A model generated the notes under the pieces. It searched no databases. It was not told the DNA's origin and saw nothing but the letters and a program-made list of their open reading frames with translations. This document shows, one piece after another, positions 1 through 7,830 of a DNA stretch of 64,000 bases (the stretch's first letter is position 1; each line of letters opens with the position of its first letter). Both the position numbers and the translations under genes were made by a program. Source of the stretch: Verrucomicrobiia bacterium (GTDB lineage Bacteria; Verrucomicrobiota; Verrucomicrobiia; Limisphaerales; UBA11358); the NCBI GenBank assembly GCA_036509895.1, contig DATCEV010000030.1:27220-91219 (forward strand). The letters run 5' to 3'.

Positions 1-2
1 AA

Positions 3-551
3 CCCGTGCGATTTGCGATACGAATATGCCGCAATCGTCCGCACTTGCGAAATCAACTTGGCGATGATGCTGTCGAATTCCGCCGTCTTGCTCCACCGCC
101 AGCGCATGATATTTTCGTCAAAGCAACTCGCCGCGTTGATCATCGCCGAGAGAATCGCCATCGGATGCGCCCCCGTCGGAAATCCCTCGAAGTGATACTT
201 CATGTCCTCGTGCAGGAACTGATGTTCCGCCAGCAAATCGGAAAAAGATTTGAGCTGTTCCCGATTCGGCAGCGAACCATAAATGATCAGCCACGCCGTC
301 TCGATGAAATTCGATTTCTCCGCCAGTTCCTCAATCGCGATGCCGCGATAACGCAAAATCCCCTTGTCGCCGTCAATGAACGTGATTTTGCTCGCGCACG
401 AACCCGTGTTGCCGTAGCCGTCGTCGAGCGTGATATAGCCCGTCGTCGCGCGCAGCGAGGAAACGTCCACCGCTTTTTCGCCCTCGGTTCCTTCCACCGT
501 CGGCAACGTATAAGTTTTGCCGTCCAACTCCAGCTTCGCTTCTTTGCTCAT
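3..551 (-). CDS. gltA: citrate synthase, N-terminal ~183 codons (3' end lies beyond window start)
   Basis: Absent from the ORF track because it runs off the edge. My reverse translation from the ATG (complement of 549-551) gives MSKEAKLELDGKTYTLPTVEGTEGEKAVDVSSL...SCASKITFIDGDKGILRYRGIAIEELAEKSNFIETAWLIIYG. This resembles the type II citrate synthase N-terminus (E. coli SKITFIDGDEGILLHRG). Track ORF 6..629(+) is its antisense shadow. Confidence 0.85.
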   Translation of the reverse strand, partial: MSKEAKLELDGKTYTLPTVEGTEGEKAVDVSSLRATTGYITLDDGYGNTGSCASKITFIDGDKGILRYRGIAIEELAEKSNFIETAWLIIYGSLPNREQLKSFSDLLAEHQFLHEDMKYHFEGFPTGAHPMAILSAMINAASCFDENIMRWRWSKTAEFDSIIAKLISQVRTIAAYSYRKSHG

Positions 552-761
552 GCTCTTTTACAAACTGTGCCGTTGAAAATAAAAATTGGCAAGACGCGAA
601 AAAACTTTTTTGTAAAATTCATGCGTTGAATTAGCCAAACTCGTTCTGGACTTTTTTGGCCCGGATAAAAAACTGCGAAATATCGTTGATTTCACGATTT
701 GATTTTCATGCTCTTTCGCTTTTCTTTCCGCGCTTTGCCGATTAAATTTGCGCGCACCTAA

Positions 762-2186
762 ATGGCTTTGAAACTGTTCAACACACTCGCGCGCTCCGTT
801 CAGGAATTCACGCCGATGGATTCGGCTGGAAAAAAAGTCGGCATGTATTGTTGCGGGCCGACCGTTTATGACTTCGCGCACATCGGAAACTGGCGCACGT
901 TCGTTTTCGCCGATTTGGTCCGGCGCTATTTGGAATTCAAAAATTTTCAGGTCACGCATGTCATGAACATCACGGACATCGAAGACAAAATCATCAAACG
1001 CGTCTGCGAAAATAAAACTTCTTTGCGCGAATTCACCGGAAAATTTGAAGCCGCCTTTTTTGAGGATTTGAAAACGCTGAATTGCCTTTCGCCGCACCAA
1101 ACCCCGCGCGCCACCGAGCACATTCCAGAAATCATTTCACTCATCGAAAAACTAATTGCGCGCGGCATTGCTTACAAAGCCGGCGACGGCTCGGTTTATT
1201 TCTCAATCGAAAAATATCGCGGTTGCGGCTGCAATTACGGCCAGCTTTTGAAATTGAACTTCGATGAGATGCGCACCGGCGAGCGCGTCAAGAGCGACGA
1301 ATACGCGAAAGAATCCGTCGCCGACTTTGCACTTTGGAAAGCGCGCACGCCGGATGACGGCGATATTTTTTGGCCGAGTCCATTCGGCGAAGGCCGCCCC
1401 GGCTGGCACATTGAGTGCAGTGCGATGAGCATGAAAATTCTTGGGCCGAGTTTCGATCTGCATCTCGGCGGCGAGGATTTGATTTTCCCGCATCACGAGG
1501 ACGAAATCGCGCAAAGCGAAGGCGCGACGCAAAAACCGTTTGTGAAATACTGGCTGCACGGCGCGCATCTTTTGGTTGAAGGCAGAAAAATGAGCAAGTC
1601 GCTTGGAAATTATTTTACGCTGCGTGATCTTCAGGCGAAAGGTTTTTCTGGCCGCGAAGTGCGTTATCTTTTGCTGACCGCGCATTATCGCGAGACATTT
1701 AATTTCACGCTCGATGGCTTGGCCGGTGCTGGGACGGCTCTGGCGCGAATTGACGAGTGCATTGGCAAACTCCGCGAACGCGCGGCGGAAATGTTGTCGC
1801 TCGAAAAAAATCCCGGACAAAATTCCGTGGTCAGTTTGCTGCCGTCGTTCACGGCGGCGCTGGAAGAAGACTTGAACATTTCCGGCGCGTGGGGCGCGGT
1901 CTTTGAATGGATTCGCGAAATAAACCGCCGTCTCGCCGAACATTCCATGAGTCCGACCGCCGCCGAAACGGCGTTGCTGGAATGGAACAAAGTTGATTCC
2001 GTCCTCGGCATCGGCGCAAAATCTGAAACGGAAGTTCCGGCTGAAATTCTGGCGCTGGCCGAAGCGCGCATTGCCGCCAAGAAGGCGAAAGATTTCAAGC
2101 GCAGCGATCAAATCCGCGCCGAATTAAAAGCCAAAGGCTGGGTCGTCGAAGATTCGCCGAAGGGATTCAAATTGAAAAAATTGTGA
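762..2186 (+). CDS. cysS: cysteine--tRNA ligase
   Basis: 474 aa. Class I motifs FAHIGNWRT (HIGH-type) and KMSKSLGN; GWHIECSAMS zinc/Cys-binding region. Confidence 0.95.
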   Translation: MALKLFNTLARSVQEFTPMDSAGKKVGMYCCGPTVYDFAHIGNWRTFVFADLVRRYLEFKNFQVTHVMNITDIEDKIIKRVCENKTSLREFTGKFEAAFFEDLKTLNCLSPHQTPRATEHIPEIISLIEKLIARGIAYKAGDGSVYFSIEKYRGCGCNYGQLLKLNFDEMRTGERVKSDEYAKESVADFALWKARTPDDGDIFWPSPFGEGRPGWHIECSAMSMKILGPSFDLHLGGEDLIFPHHEDEIAQSEGATQKPFVKYWLHGAHLLVEGRKMSKSLGNYFTLRDLQAKGFSGREVRYLLLTAHYRETFNFTLDGLAGAGTALARIDECIGKLRERAAEMLSLEKNPGQNSVVSLLPSFTAALEEDLNISGAWGAVFEWIREINRRLAEHSMSPTAAETALLEWNKVDSVLGIGAKSETEVPAEILALAEARIAAKKAKDFKRSDQIRAELKAKGWVVEDSPKGFKLKKL

Positions 2187-2220
2187 GCAAGAGTCCGTCG
2201 AATTGCTCGATGAAATTACT

Positions 2221-2913
2221 TCAAACTGGATCGCCACCAAAAAGATTCATTGTGGCATTAACTTTTTTCTTTGCATTGCCTGGCGAATGAGCAATCCGTT
2301 CGGCATAAATCGCGGAGAATTGGCGGACGATTAAATTTGTTATTATAGCGGCTTCTTGACACGCATCAATCTTGAACAAATATGGCTTTTGAATGCTTAA
2401 GAAAATTTCACGAGCTTTTTTCAATGTGTCTGTCTTTTCAAAATGATTTGCTCTGTCACCGCGCGTTTTAATTCTTTTCAATCCGGTCTTTGGATCAATG
2501 TCGAGAACTACCAACAAATCTGGTTCGGGAGCAAATTGTTCGTTGAGGTGCATTATTTCTTCTGGACTCATCCCGCGTGCGCCTTGATAGGCCATACTGG
2601 AAAAATAATAACGGTCAACAATCACAATATGGCCAGCGGCCAATTCGGGGTTTATTTTATCTTCGACGTGTTCTTTCCTGTCTTTAACAAATGTTTCGAC
2701 TTCTTCCTCCAGCGAAAGCCTTCCGGTCACTGCCGAATCACGCAAAATCTGTCCCCATTGGCCTGTCGTTGGTTCTTTGGTTCGCATAACGGCGAGCTTT
2801 CGCGCTTGCAGGGCAGCTTGAACATGGTGCGCTTGCGTGGTTTTGCCTGAACCATCAATGCCTTCCATTGCAATTAAGAAACCGGGAAAATGATGTTTTC
2901 TATGCACGCGCAA
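2221..2913 (-). CDS. tmk: thymidylate (dTMP) kinase
   Basis: P-loop MEGIDGSGKTTQ, DRYYFSSMAYQG, length 230 aa. Visibly lower GC than its neighbours. Confidence 0.9.
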   Translation of the reverse strand: MRVHRKHHFPGFLIAMEGIDGSGKTTQAHHVQAALQARKLAVMRTKEPTTGQWGQILRDSAVTGRLSLEEEVETFVKDRKEHVEDKINPELAAGHIVIVDRYYFSSMAYQGARGMSPEEIMHLNEQFAPEPDLLVVLDIDPKTGLKRIKTRGDRANHFEKTDTLKKAREIFLSIQKPYLFKIDACQEAAIITNLIVRQFSAIYAERIAHSPGNAKKKVNATMNLFGGDPV

Positions 2914-3144
2914 AATCTCTCACAATTAACCCAAACCGGTCAATGAATTGGATGAAAATCTTACGATCAGTATTCACAAGCTCATTTAAAAATTGGCTGA
3001 AATAGTTATTCACTTTTTTATCCAACGACTTATTCGTGGCTTGTTCGCATGGTTATTCGCAGGCAGATTTAATCGAAATTTACACTGCATCGCTGCCTGA
3101 ATTTGTTTGGTTGAATTCAAGTGACAGAGTAAGTTTGCTTCAGC

Positions 3145-3477
3145 ATGATCGAAAACACCATCACCAAAATTGAAGCGAAGATTCGCGGCGCGAACGCTGT
3201 CACCGAAGAGCGCAAGCGCGAATTGCTCCAGCTCCTCGGCACGCTTAAATCCGAAATCGGCAAACTTTCCGAAACTCATGGCGAACAGGCGCAAAGCATC
3301 GCGGGCTTTGCAAACGTTTCGGCGCACGAAGCGACGCGCGTGGAAAAAAATCCGCAATCGCTGGAACATTCCGTGCGCGGCCTGCGCTCGTCCGTGGACG
3401 GTTTTGAGCAATCGCATCCCAAACTCGTCCAAATCGTCAACAGCATCAGCAACACGCTGTCGAATCTTGGAATTTGA
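3145..3477 (+). CDS. small helical protein, DUF4404-like
   Basis: 110 aa with a C-terminal ...HPKLVQIVNSISNTLSNLGI tail, which I recall as typical of DUF4404. Family assignment is from memory only. Confidence 0.55.
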   Translation: MIENTITKIEAKIRGANAVTEERKRELLQLLGTLKSEIGKLSETHGEQAQSIAGFANVSAHEATRVEKNPQSLEHSVRGLRSSVDGFEQSHPKLVQIVNSISNTLSNLGI

Positions 3478-3481
3478 CGGA

Positions 3482-3570
3482 ATTTATGATTGATGATTTA
3501 CAATCTATGATTGCTTCGCTGAACGGTTGCTGTTTTGAAAATCATAAATCATCAATCGTAAATCATAAAT
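3482..3570. repeat. ATGATT-unit inverted repeat downstream of plsC
   Basis: atttatgattgatgatttacaatctatgatt ... aatcataaatcatcaatcgtaaatcataaat. Confidence 0.7.
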
Positions 3571-4204
3571 CCTCGCGCGGTTCTAGCTTCGCAATCGCTG
3601 CCATGATTTCGTCCGCGACTTCCTGATAAATTTCTTTCAAGCGCGCTTTGGAACACGTTTTCGCCTCCGCGCGCAATTTTTCAAAACGCATCGGTTCGCC
3701 ATATTTCACCGCGAGCGGTTTCGGCAGATGAAATTTTATTTTGCGGTTGTAACATTCAAACGTTCCGAATGTCCGCACCGGAATCACCACCGCGTCGGAT
3801 TTGATGACCGTCAGGCCGATGCCTGAACGTGCCGGTTGCAACTGGCCGTCCTTCGTGCGCGTGCCTTCGGGAAATAAAATGATCGCGCCGCCTGCGAGCA
3901 GCCGGTCGAGAATCGCCTTCAATCCCGCCGCGCCGCCACCGGCGCGATCCACCGGCACGGAATTCCATTTTCGCAGCAGCCAGCCGACGCCGGGATAACG
4001 AAACAAACTTGCGCGCGCGAGATAATTGATCGGACGCCGCAACCCGGAACCGACCAGCGGTGGATCAAGAAAACTCGCGTGGTTCGACGCCAGAATGACG
4101 CCGCCCGTTTGTGGCACGCGCTCCGCGTTGAAAACGCGCCAGCGAAAATAAATCGTGTAAAGCGCGCGAAAAAAAATCCAGCCGCAGCGATAGAAAAAAT
4201 TCAT
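3563..4204 (-). CDS. plsC: 1-acyl-sn-glycerol-3-phosphate acyltransferase
   Basis: Acyltransferase motifs NHASFLDP and FPEGTRTKDG. Confidence 0.85.
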   Translation of the reverse strand: MNFFYRCGWIFFRALYTIYFRWRVFNAERVPQTGGVILASNHASFLDPPLVGSGLRRPINYLARASLFRYPGVGWLLRKWNSVPVDRAGGGAAGLKAILDRLLAGGAIILFPEGTRTKDGQLQPARSGIGLTVIKSDAVVIPVRTFGTFECYNRKIKFHLPKPLAVKYGEPMRFEKLRAEAKTCSKARLKEIYQEVADEIMAAIAKLEPREDL

Positions 4205-4209
4205 AAAAC

Positions 4210-4292
4210 GAGAATGGAGGATTGAGGATGGAAGATGAAAAAGATTCGGCGCGATTTGTAATTGCTATTCTCCATCTTCAATCCTCCATCAT
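4210..4292. repeat. GGAGGATTGAGGATGGAAG-unit inverted repeat between cmk and plsC
   Basis: gagaatggaggattgaggatggaagatg ... attctccatcttcaatcctccatcatc. Confidence 0.7.
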
Positions 4293-4951
4293 CGCTTTTC
4301 CGCGAGGCGCGAACGGATTTCCTTCAACAGCAACCCGCTCGTCTGCTCGGAAGTCAGGTCAGAATTATTGATGACCTTTGCGCCCAGCGAAATCATCAGC
4401 GGCGCGACGGCGCGCTGGCTGTCGCGCTGATCGCGCGCGGCGAGATTTTCGTCCACGCCATCGGCGGCGCGACGGCGCGAGCGCTCTTCCAATTGCGCGT
4501 CGAGGTAAAACTTGAAATCCGTTTCGGGAAAAACATTCGTGCCGATGTCACGGCCTTCCATCACCAGGTTGCCGAATTGAATGCAATCGCGCTGCGTTTT
4601 CTTCATCCAATCGCGCACCTTCGGAATCGCGGCGACGTGCGACACCGCCGCGCTGACTTCCGAAGTGCGGATTTCTTTTTCGGGAAAATAACCGTCCACG
4701 AGCAAATGCACCGTGCGCAAATTATTTTTCTCCACACATTCCAATTTCGTTTTCCATTTGCGGCAAAGCGCGGCGACGGCTTTCGCGTCATCCACGTCAA
4801 TTTTCTGTTTCAAGCAATGCCACGCCAGCGTGCGATACATCGCGCCCGTGTCCACGTAAACGTAGCCGAGCGCCTTTGCCACGAGCTTGGCGTTCGTGCT
4901 TTTGCCGCTCGCACTCGTGCCGTCAATCGCAATGACAATTGGATTTTTCAA
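4289..4951 (-). CDS. cmk: cytidylate kinase
   Basis: IAIDGTSASGKST P-loop, YVDTGAMYR, 220 aa. Confidence 0.9.
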   Translation of the reverse strand: MKNPIVIAIDGTSASGKSTNAKLVAKALGYVYVDTGAMYRTLAWHCLKQKIDVDDAKAVAALCRKWKTKLECVEKNNLRTVHLLVDGYFPEKEIRTSEVSAAVSHVAAIPKVRDWMKKTQRDCIQFGNLVMEGRDIGTNVFPETDFKFYLDAQLEERSRRRAADGVDENLAARDQRDSQRAVAPLMISLGAKVINNSDLTSEQTSGLLLKEIRSRLAEKR

Positions 4952-4964
4952 AGCAAAGAGTTTC

Positions 4965-5018
4965 GACAGAATGCACAGAATTTACAAAATTAAATTCTGA
5001 GAATTCTGTCATTCTGTC
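4965..5018. repeat. GACAGAAT-unit inverted repeat between aroA and cmk
   Basis: gacagaatgcacagaattt ... aaattctgagaattctgtcattctgtc. Same family as 50842-50903. Confidence 0.8.
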
Positions 5019-5022
5019 TAAA

Positions 5023-6546
5023 TCAATCCGCAAATAATTCCTCGTGCGTTAATTTCTTTCCAGTTTTCGCGTCCAAAATTGTCGCGCCCAAACCTTTTGG
5101 TGGTGGCGCGGCCAACTTCTGGAAAAAATTCGGGAACGTCTTCTTCACGCAGGCGGGATTTTTAATTTTTATGCCGGGAACTTTCAACCCCAGAATCGCA
5201 AAACACATCGCCATGCGATGGTCGTGGTAGGTTTCGATCTCCGCGTCGTGCAACGGCGACGGCCAGACCGTCAGCGTGTCGCCTTCCTCGACCACTTTCG
5301 CGCCGCACTTGGTCAACTCCGTCCGCAACGCGACGACGCGCTCGGTTTCTTGGACGCGCAGGCGGCCAAGGTCGGTAAAATTATAGCGTTGGCCACATAG
5401 CACTGCGATAATAACAGCAGTCATGATGCTATCGCCAAGATCGTCCGATCGCGACAGCGATTTTACCCCATACTTTTCATCAATCTGTTTTTGCCACGTT
5501 TCTTGCTCGTTCTCAACGCGCTGTCGCCAATCTGGTCCATAAGCCTCTCGCACTTCCTCTATAACTCTTGGAATATCTTCAGGATTCCAAGAGTGAAATG
5601 CAGTCAAGAATCCAAGATGTTTTGGAAACTCCGCATCAATCTGCCAGTCTGTGGTAGGCCATTCTCGAACAGTAACAGTTGGGATGCTAATACCTTTGGT
5701 CACAGCGAAACCACCAGTTACGCCAAGAGATAGAGTTGAAGCGACGCCTGCCGCCCAAAAATAACTCCCGCTGCTCGCATCCGGTTCAATTTGAAATTCG
5801 CAGCCGTTTTTCGGAAACACTTCCATCAATTTCAAAGTCATCGCCACATACGGCGATTCCTCCGCGTTCTCGCCAACGACTTCTACCTTCCAATTCCCAA
5901 CCTTTGCGCAAAGCAACAGTGCCGACGCAAATTGCGAACTTTCTTCGATGCTCACCCGACATTTCTTCGTAGGAGACGACGTGAGGAGTCTCTGATCAAT
6001 TCCCACTTTTTTAATTTGAGTCTCGTCACCTCGACTCCTACCGCCAAAAATTTTCACCGGCAACTTGTCATTTCCATTTTCCGATTCGACACGATAACCC
6101 AATTCCTGCAACGCCTGAAACAACGCCGCCTGCGGACGCTCGTGCATCCGCGCCACGCCGTGCAGCCGATAGACTCCGCTGCCCAAACACAAAAACGGCG
6201 CGAGAAAACGCGCCGCCGTCCCCGCATTGCCAACGAACAAATCGAGCGGTTGCGACTCCGTGCCGCCACTCGGAATCAGACCGCCTTCGCCGATGACCAT
6301 GATGGTGCGGTTGCACGCCTCATCCGGGTCGGGCGCGACGCTCACCAAAAATCCAAGCTGCCGCAAACACGCGACCATGATCTGCGTGTCCTCGCTCCAC
6401 AACGCGCCCTTGAGCGTCACCTCGCCGTCCGCGAGCGCGGCCAAGATCAGCGCGCGGTTCGTGATGCTTTTCGAGCCGGGCACGGTGATCTCCGCGCGCA
6501 CGGGCTGCGCGAGCGGCACAATTTCAATTAAATCTGGAAGCGCCAT
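5023..6546 (-). CDS. aroA: 3-phosphoshikimate 1-carboxyvinyltransferase (EPSP synthase) with two extra segments
   Basis: PGSKSITNRALILAALA, EESSQFASALLL, DASSGSYFW, RLRVQETERVVAL, YHDHRMAMCF, CVKKTFPNFF. I place the start at MALPDLIEI (6546) because the 15 upstream codons of the track ORF (to 6591) are encoded by an intergenic repeat element. Confidence 0.9.
   Translation of the reverse strand: MALPDLIEIVPLAQPVRAEITVPGSKSITNRALILAALADGEVTLKGALWSEDTQIMVACLRQLGFLVSVAPDPDEACNRTIMVIGEGGLIPSGGTESQPLDLFVGNAGTAARFLAPFLCLGSGVYRLHGVARMHERPQAALFQALQELGYRVESENGNDKLPVKIFGGRSRGDETQIKKVGIDQRLLTSSPTKKCRVSIEESSQFASALLLCAKVGNWKVEVVGENAEESPYVAMTLKLMEVFPKNGCEFQIEPDASSGSYFWAAGVASTLSLGVTGGFAVTKGISIPTVTVREWPTTDWQIDAEFPKHLGFLTAFHSWNPEDIPRVIEEVREAYGPDWRQRVENEQETWQKQIDEKYGVKSLSRSDDLGDSIMTAVIIAVLCGQRYNFTDLGRLRVQETERVVALRTELTKCGAKVVEEGDTLTVWPSPLHDAEIETYHDHRMAMCFAILGLKVPGIKIKNPACVKKTFPNFFQKLAAPPPKGLGATILDAKTGKKLTHEELFAD
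5969..6041. repeat. full GTAGGAG palindromic element inside the aroA reading frame
   Basis: GTAGGAGACGACGTGAGGAGTCTC - 25 nt - GAGTCTCGTCACCTCGACTCCTAC. Same arms as 59354-59421 but in inverted order. Translated as ~GRSRGDETQIKKVGIDQRLLTSSPT. Confidence 0.85.
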
Positions 6547-6555
6547 TTTATTTAG

Positions 6556-6699
6556 CCACGGATGAAACACGGATTGAACACGGAAAAGCATCCGCAGATT
6601 TCGCGGATTAACGCAGATGAATTTGCAGCAAGCCCAATCTGCGAAAATTTGCCAAATCTGCGGACAAAAATCCGCGTTTCATCCGTGTTCAATCTGTGG
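6556..6699. repeat. compound nested inverted repeat (CACGGAT and CTGCGGA/CTGCGAA units) between tyrA and aroA
   Basis: ccacggatgaaacacggattgaacacgg ... ccgcgtttcatccgtgttcaatctgtgg, with an inner pair atccgcagatttcgcggatt ... aatctgcggacaaaaatccgcg. Confidence 0.8.
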
Positions 6700-6706
6700 C
6701 TAAAAT

Positions 6707-7591
6707 TCATTCGGATGAAATTGCGGTGGCTTTCGCACACCAGTTGTCACGACTTTGCTTGGCCGTCGTAAAATATTTTTCCACGGCTTGTTCGTCGCCG
6801 CTCTTGAGCGCGCTTTGAAATTTTTTCAGTTCCGCCACAAACGCATCCACCGAACGCGAAATATTTTTGCGATTGGCGAGTGCGATGTCGCGCCACATTT
6901 CCGGCGAGCCGGACGCGATGCGCGTCGTGTCGCGAAAACCATTGGCGCAAAGTGTCGCCTGCTGTTTTGGATTGGCCGGATTCAAAACCAGATTTGCCAG
7001 CGTCGCCGCGACGACGTGCGGCAGATGACTCGTGCGGCTGACGAGCAAATCATGCTGCGCGGCGTCCATTTTCAAAACGCGCGCGCCGAGCGCTTTCCAA
7101 AATCGTTCCAATTTTTTCAGCGCGGCGGAATTTGTTTTTTTGGTTGGCGTCAAAACGCACACCGCATTTTCAAAAAGATTTTCGCGCGCGGCGGCCACGC
7201 CCGTTTTTTCCGCGCCCGCCATCGGATGACTGCCGACAAAATGCGCGCCGCTTTTTTCCACGAGCGCTTCTAACTCGCGCACAACATCCACTTTCACGCT
7301 GCCCACGTCCGTGACAATTGCGCCGCGCTTCAACGCGGGCAAAAATTGTTTCGCGAGCGCGGCCATTTGCGCGAGCGGCGTGCAAAGAATGATCAAATCA
7401 GAATTGGAAACGGCGGCGAGCAAATCGGTCGTGGCAAAATCCGTCGCGCCAAATTTTTCGCAGTCGCGCAGATTTTTTTCGCGACGAACGAATCCGGCAA
7501 TTTCTCCCGCGACGCGATTTTTCCGCGCGGCCAAGCCAATGGAACCACCGAGCAAACCAACGCCGATGATGGTGATTTTGCGAAATTGCAC
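6707..7591 (-). CDS. tyrA: prephenate/arogenate dehydrogenase
   Basis: N-terminal Rossmann ITIIGVGLLGGSIG, GSHPMAG motif, 294 aa. Adjacent to aroA. Confidence 0.85.
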   Translation of the reverse strand: MQFRKITIIGVGLLGGSIGLAARKNRVAGEIAGFVRREKNLRDCEKFGATDFATTDLLAAVSNSDLIILCTPLAQMAALAKQFLPALKRGAIVTDVGSVKVDVVRELEALVEKSGAHFVGSHPMAGAEKTGVAAARENLFENAVCVLTPTKKTNSAALKKLERFWKALGARVLKMDAAQHDLLVSRTSHLPHVVAATLANLVLNPANPKQQATLCANGFRDTTRIASGSPEMWRDIALANRKNISRSVDAFVAELKKFQSALKSGDEQAVEKYFTTAKQSRDNWCAKATAISSE

Positions 7592-7649
7592 GGGCGAAAG
7601 ATAATCGAAGAATTTTTTTTGTTAAACCACGAAATACACGAAAATGCTT

Positions 7650-7790
7650 TGTAGAAATCTTTTTTCTCATTAACACCGCGTTTCAACGCGGTGGCTTCAA
7701 ACGCCGAAAAGAAAAACCGTTTAAACGGTTTTCTTCGCGTATCGCCTCAACACCTCGCTAAAGCAAGGTGTTAATGAAAAGTTTTCTACA
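7650..7790 (-). repeat. 141-bp three-hairpin element with terminal inverted repeats, copy A (reverse orientation)
   Basis: tgtagaaatc...gttttctaca. Contains hairpins caccgcgtttcaacgcggtg, aaaaccgtttaaacggtttt and aacacctcgctaaagcaaggtgtt. Itself flanked by a CACGAAAT-unit inverted repeat. Confidence 0.85.
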
Positions 7791-7830
7791 GCGCACCACT
7801 AAAACAAATTTTATTTCGTGTATTTCGCGG

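Noticed and set aside
6-629. 207-aa plus-strand ORF at the window start
   Set aside because: Arg-rich, low-complexity antisense shadow of the citrate synthase gene, which reads convincingly on the minus strand.
1404-1418. Sigma-54-like TGGCACattgaGTGC (and TGGCACgcgctCCGC at 4112..4126)
   Set aside because: Both lie inside coding sequence; the first simply encodes the conserved GWHIEC of CysRS. I keep them as a caution on the false-positive rate for the intergenic candidates.
6547-6591. N-terminal extension MLFRVQSVFHPWLNK of aroA. Likewise 61089..61298 on the pyrophosphatase ORF and 33247..33333 on the EBP ORF.
   Set aside because: The aroA and pyrophosphatase extensions are encoded by intergenic repeat units (CACGGAT units; the GTAGGAG arm giving LVTSAPTKK). 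The EBP extension overlaps the previous gene's 3' end. Conserved N-termini begin at the internal Met.
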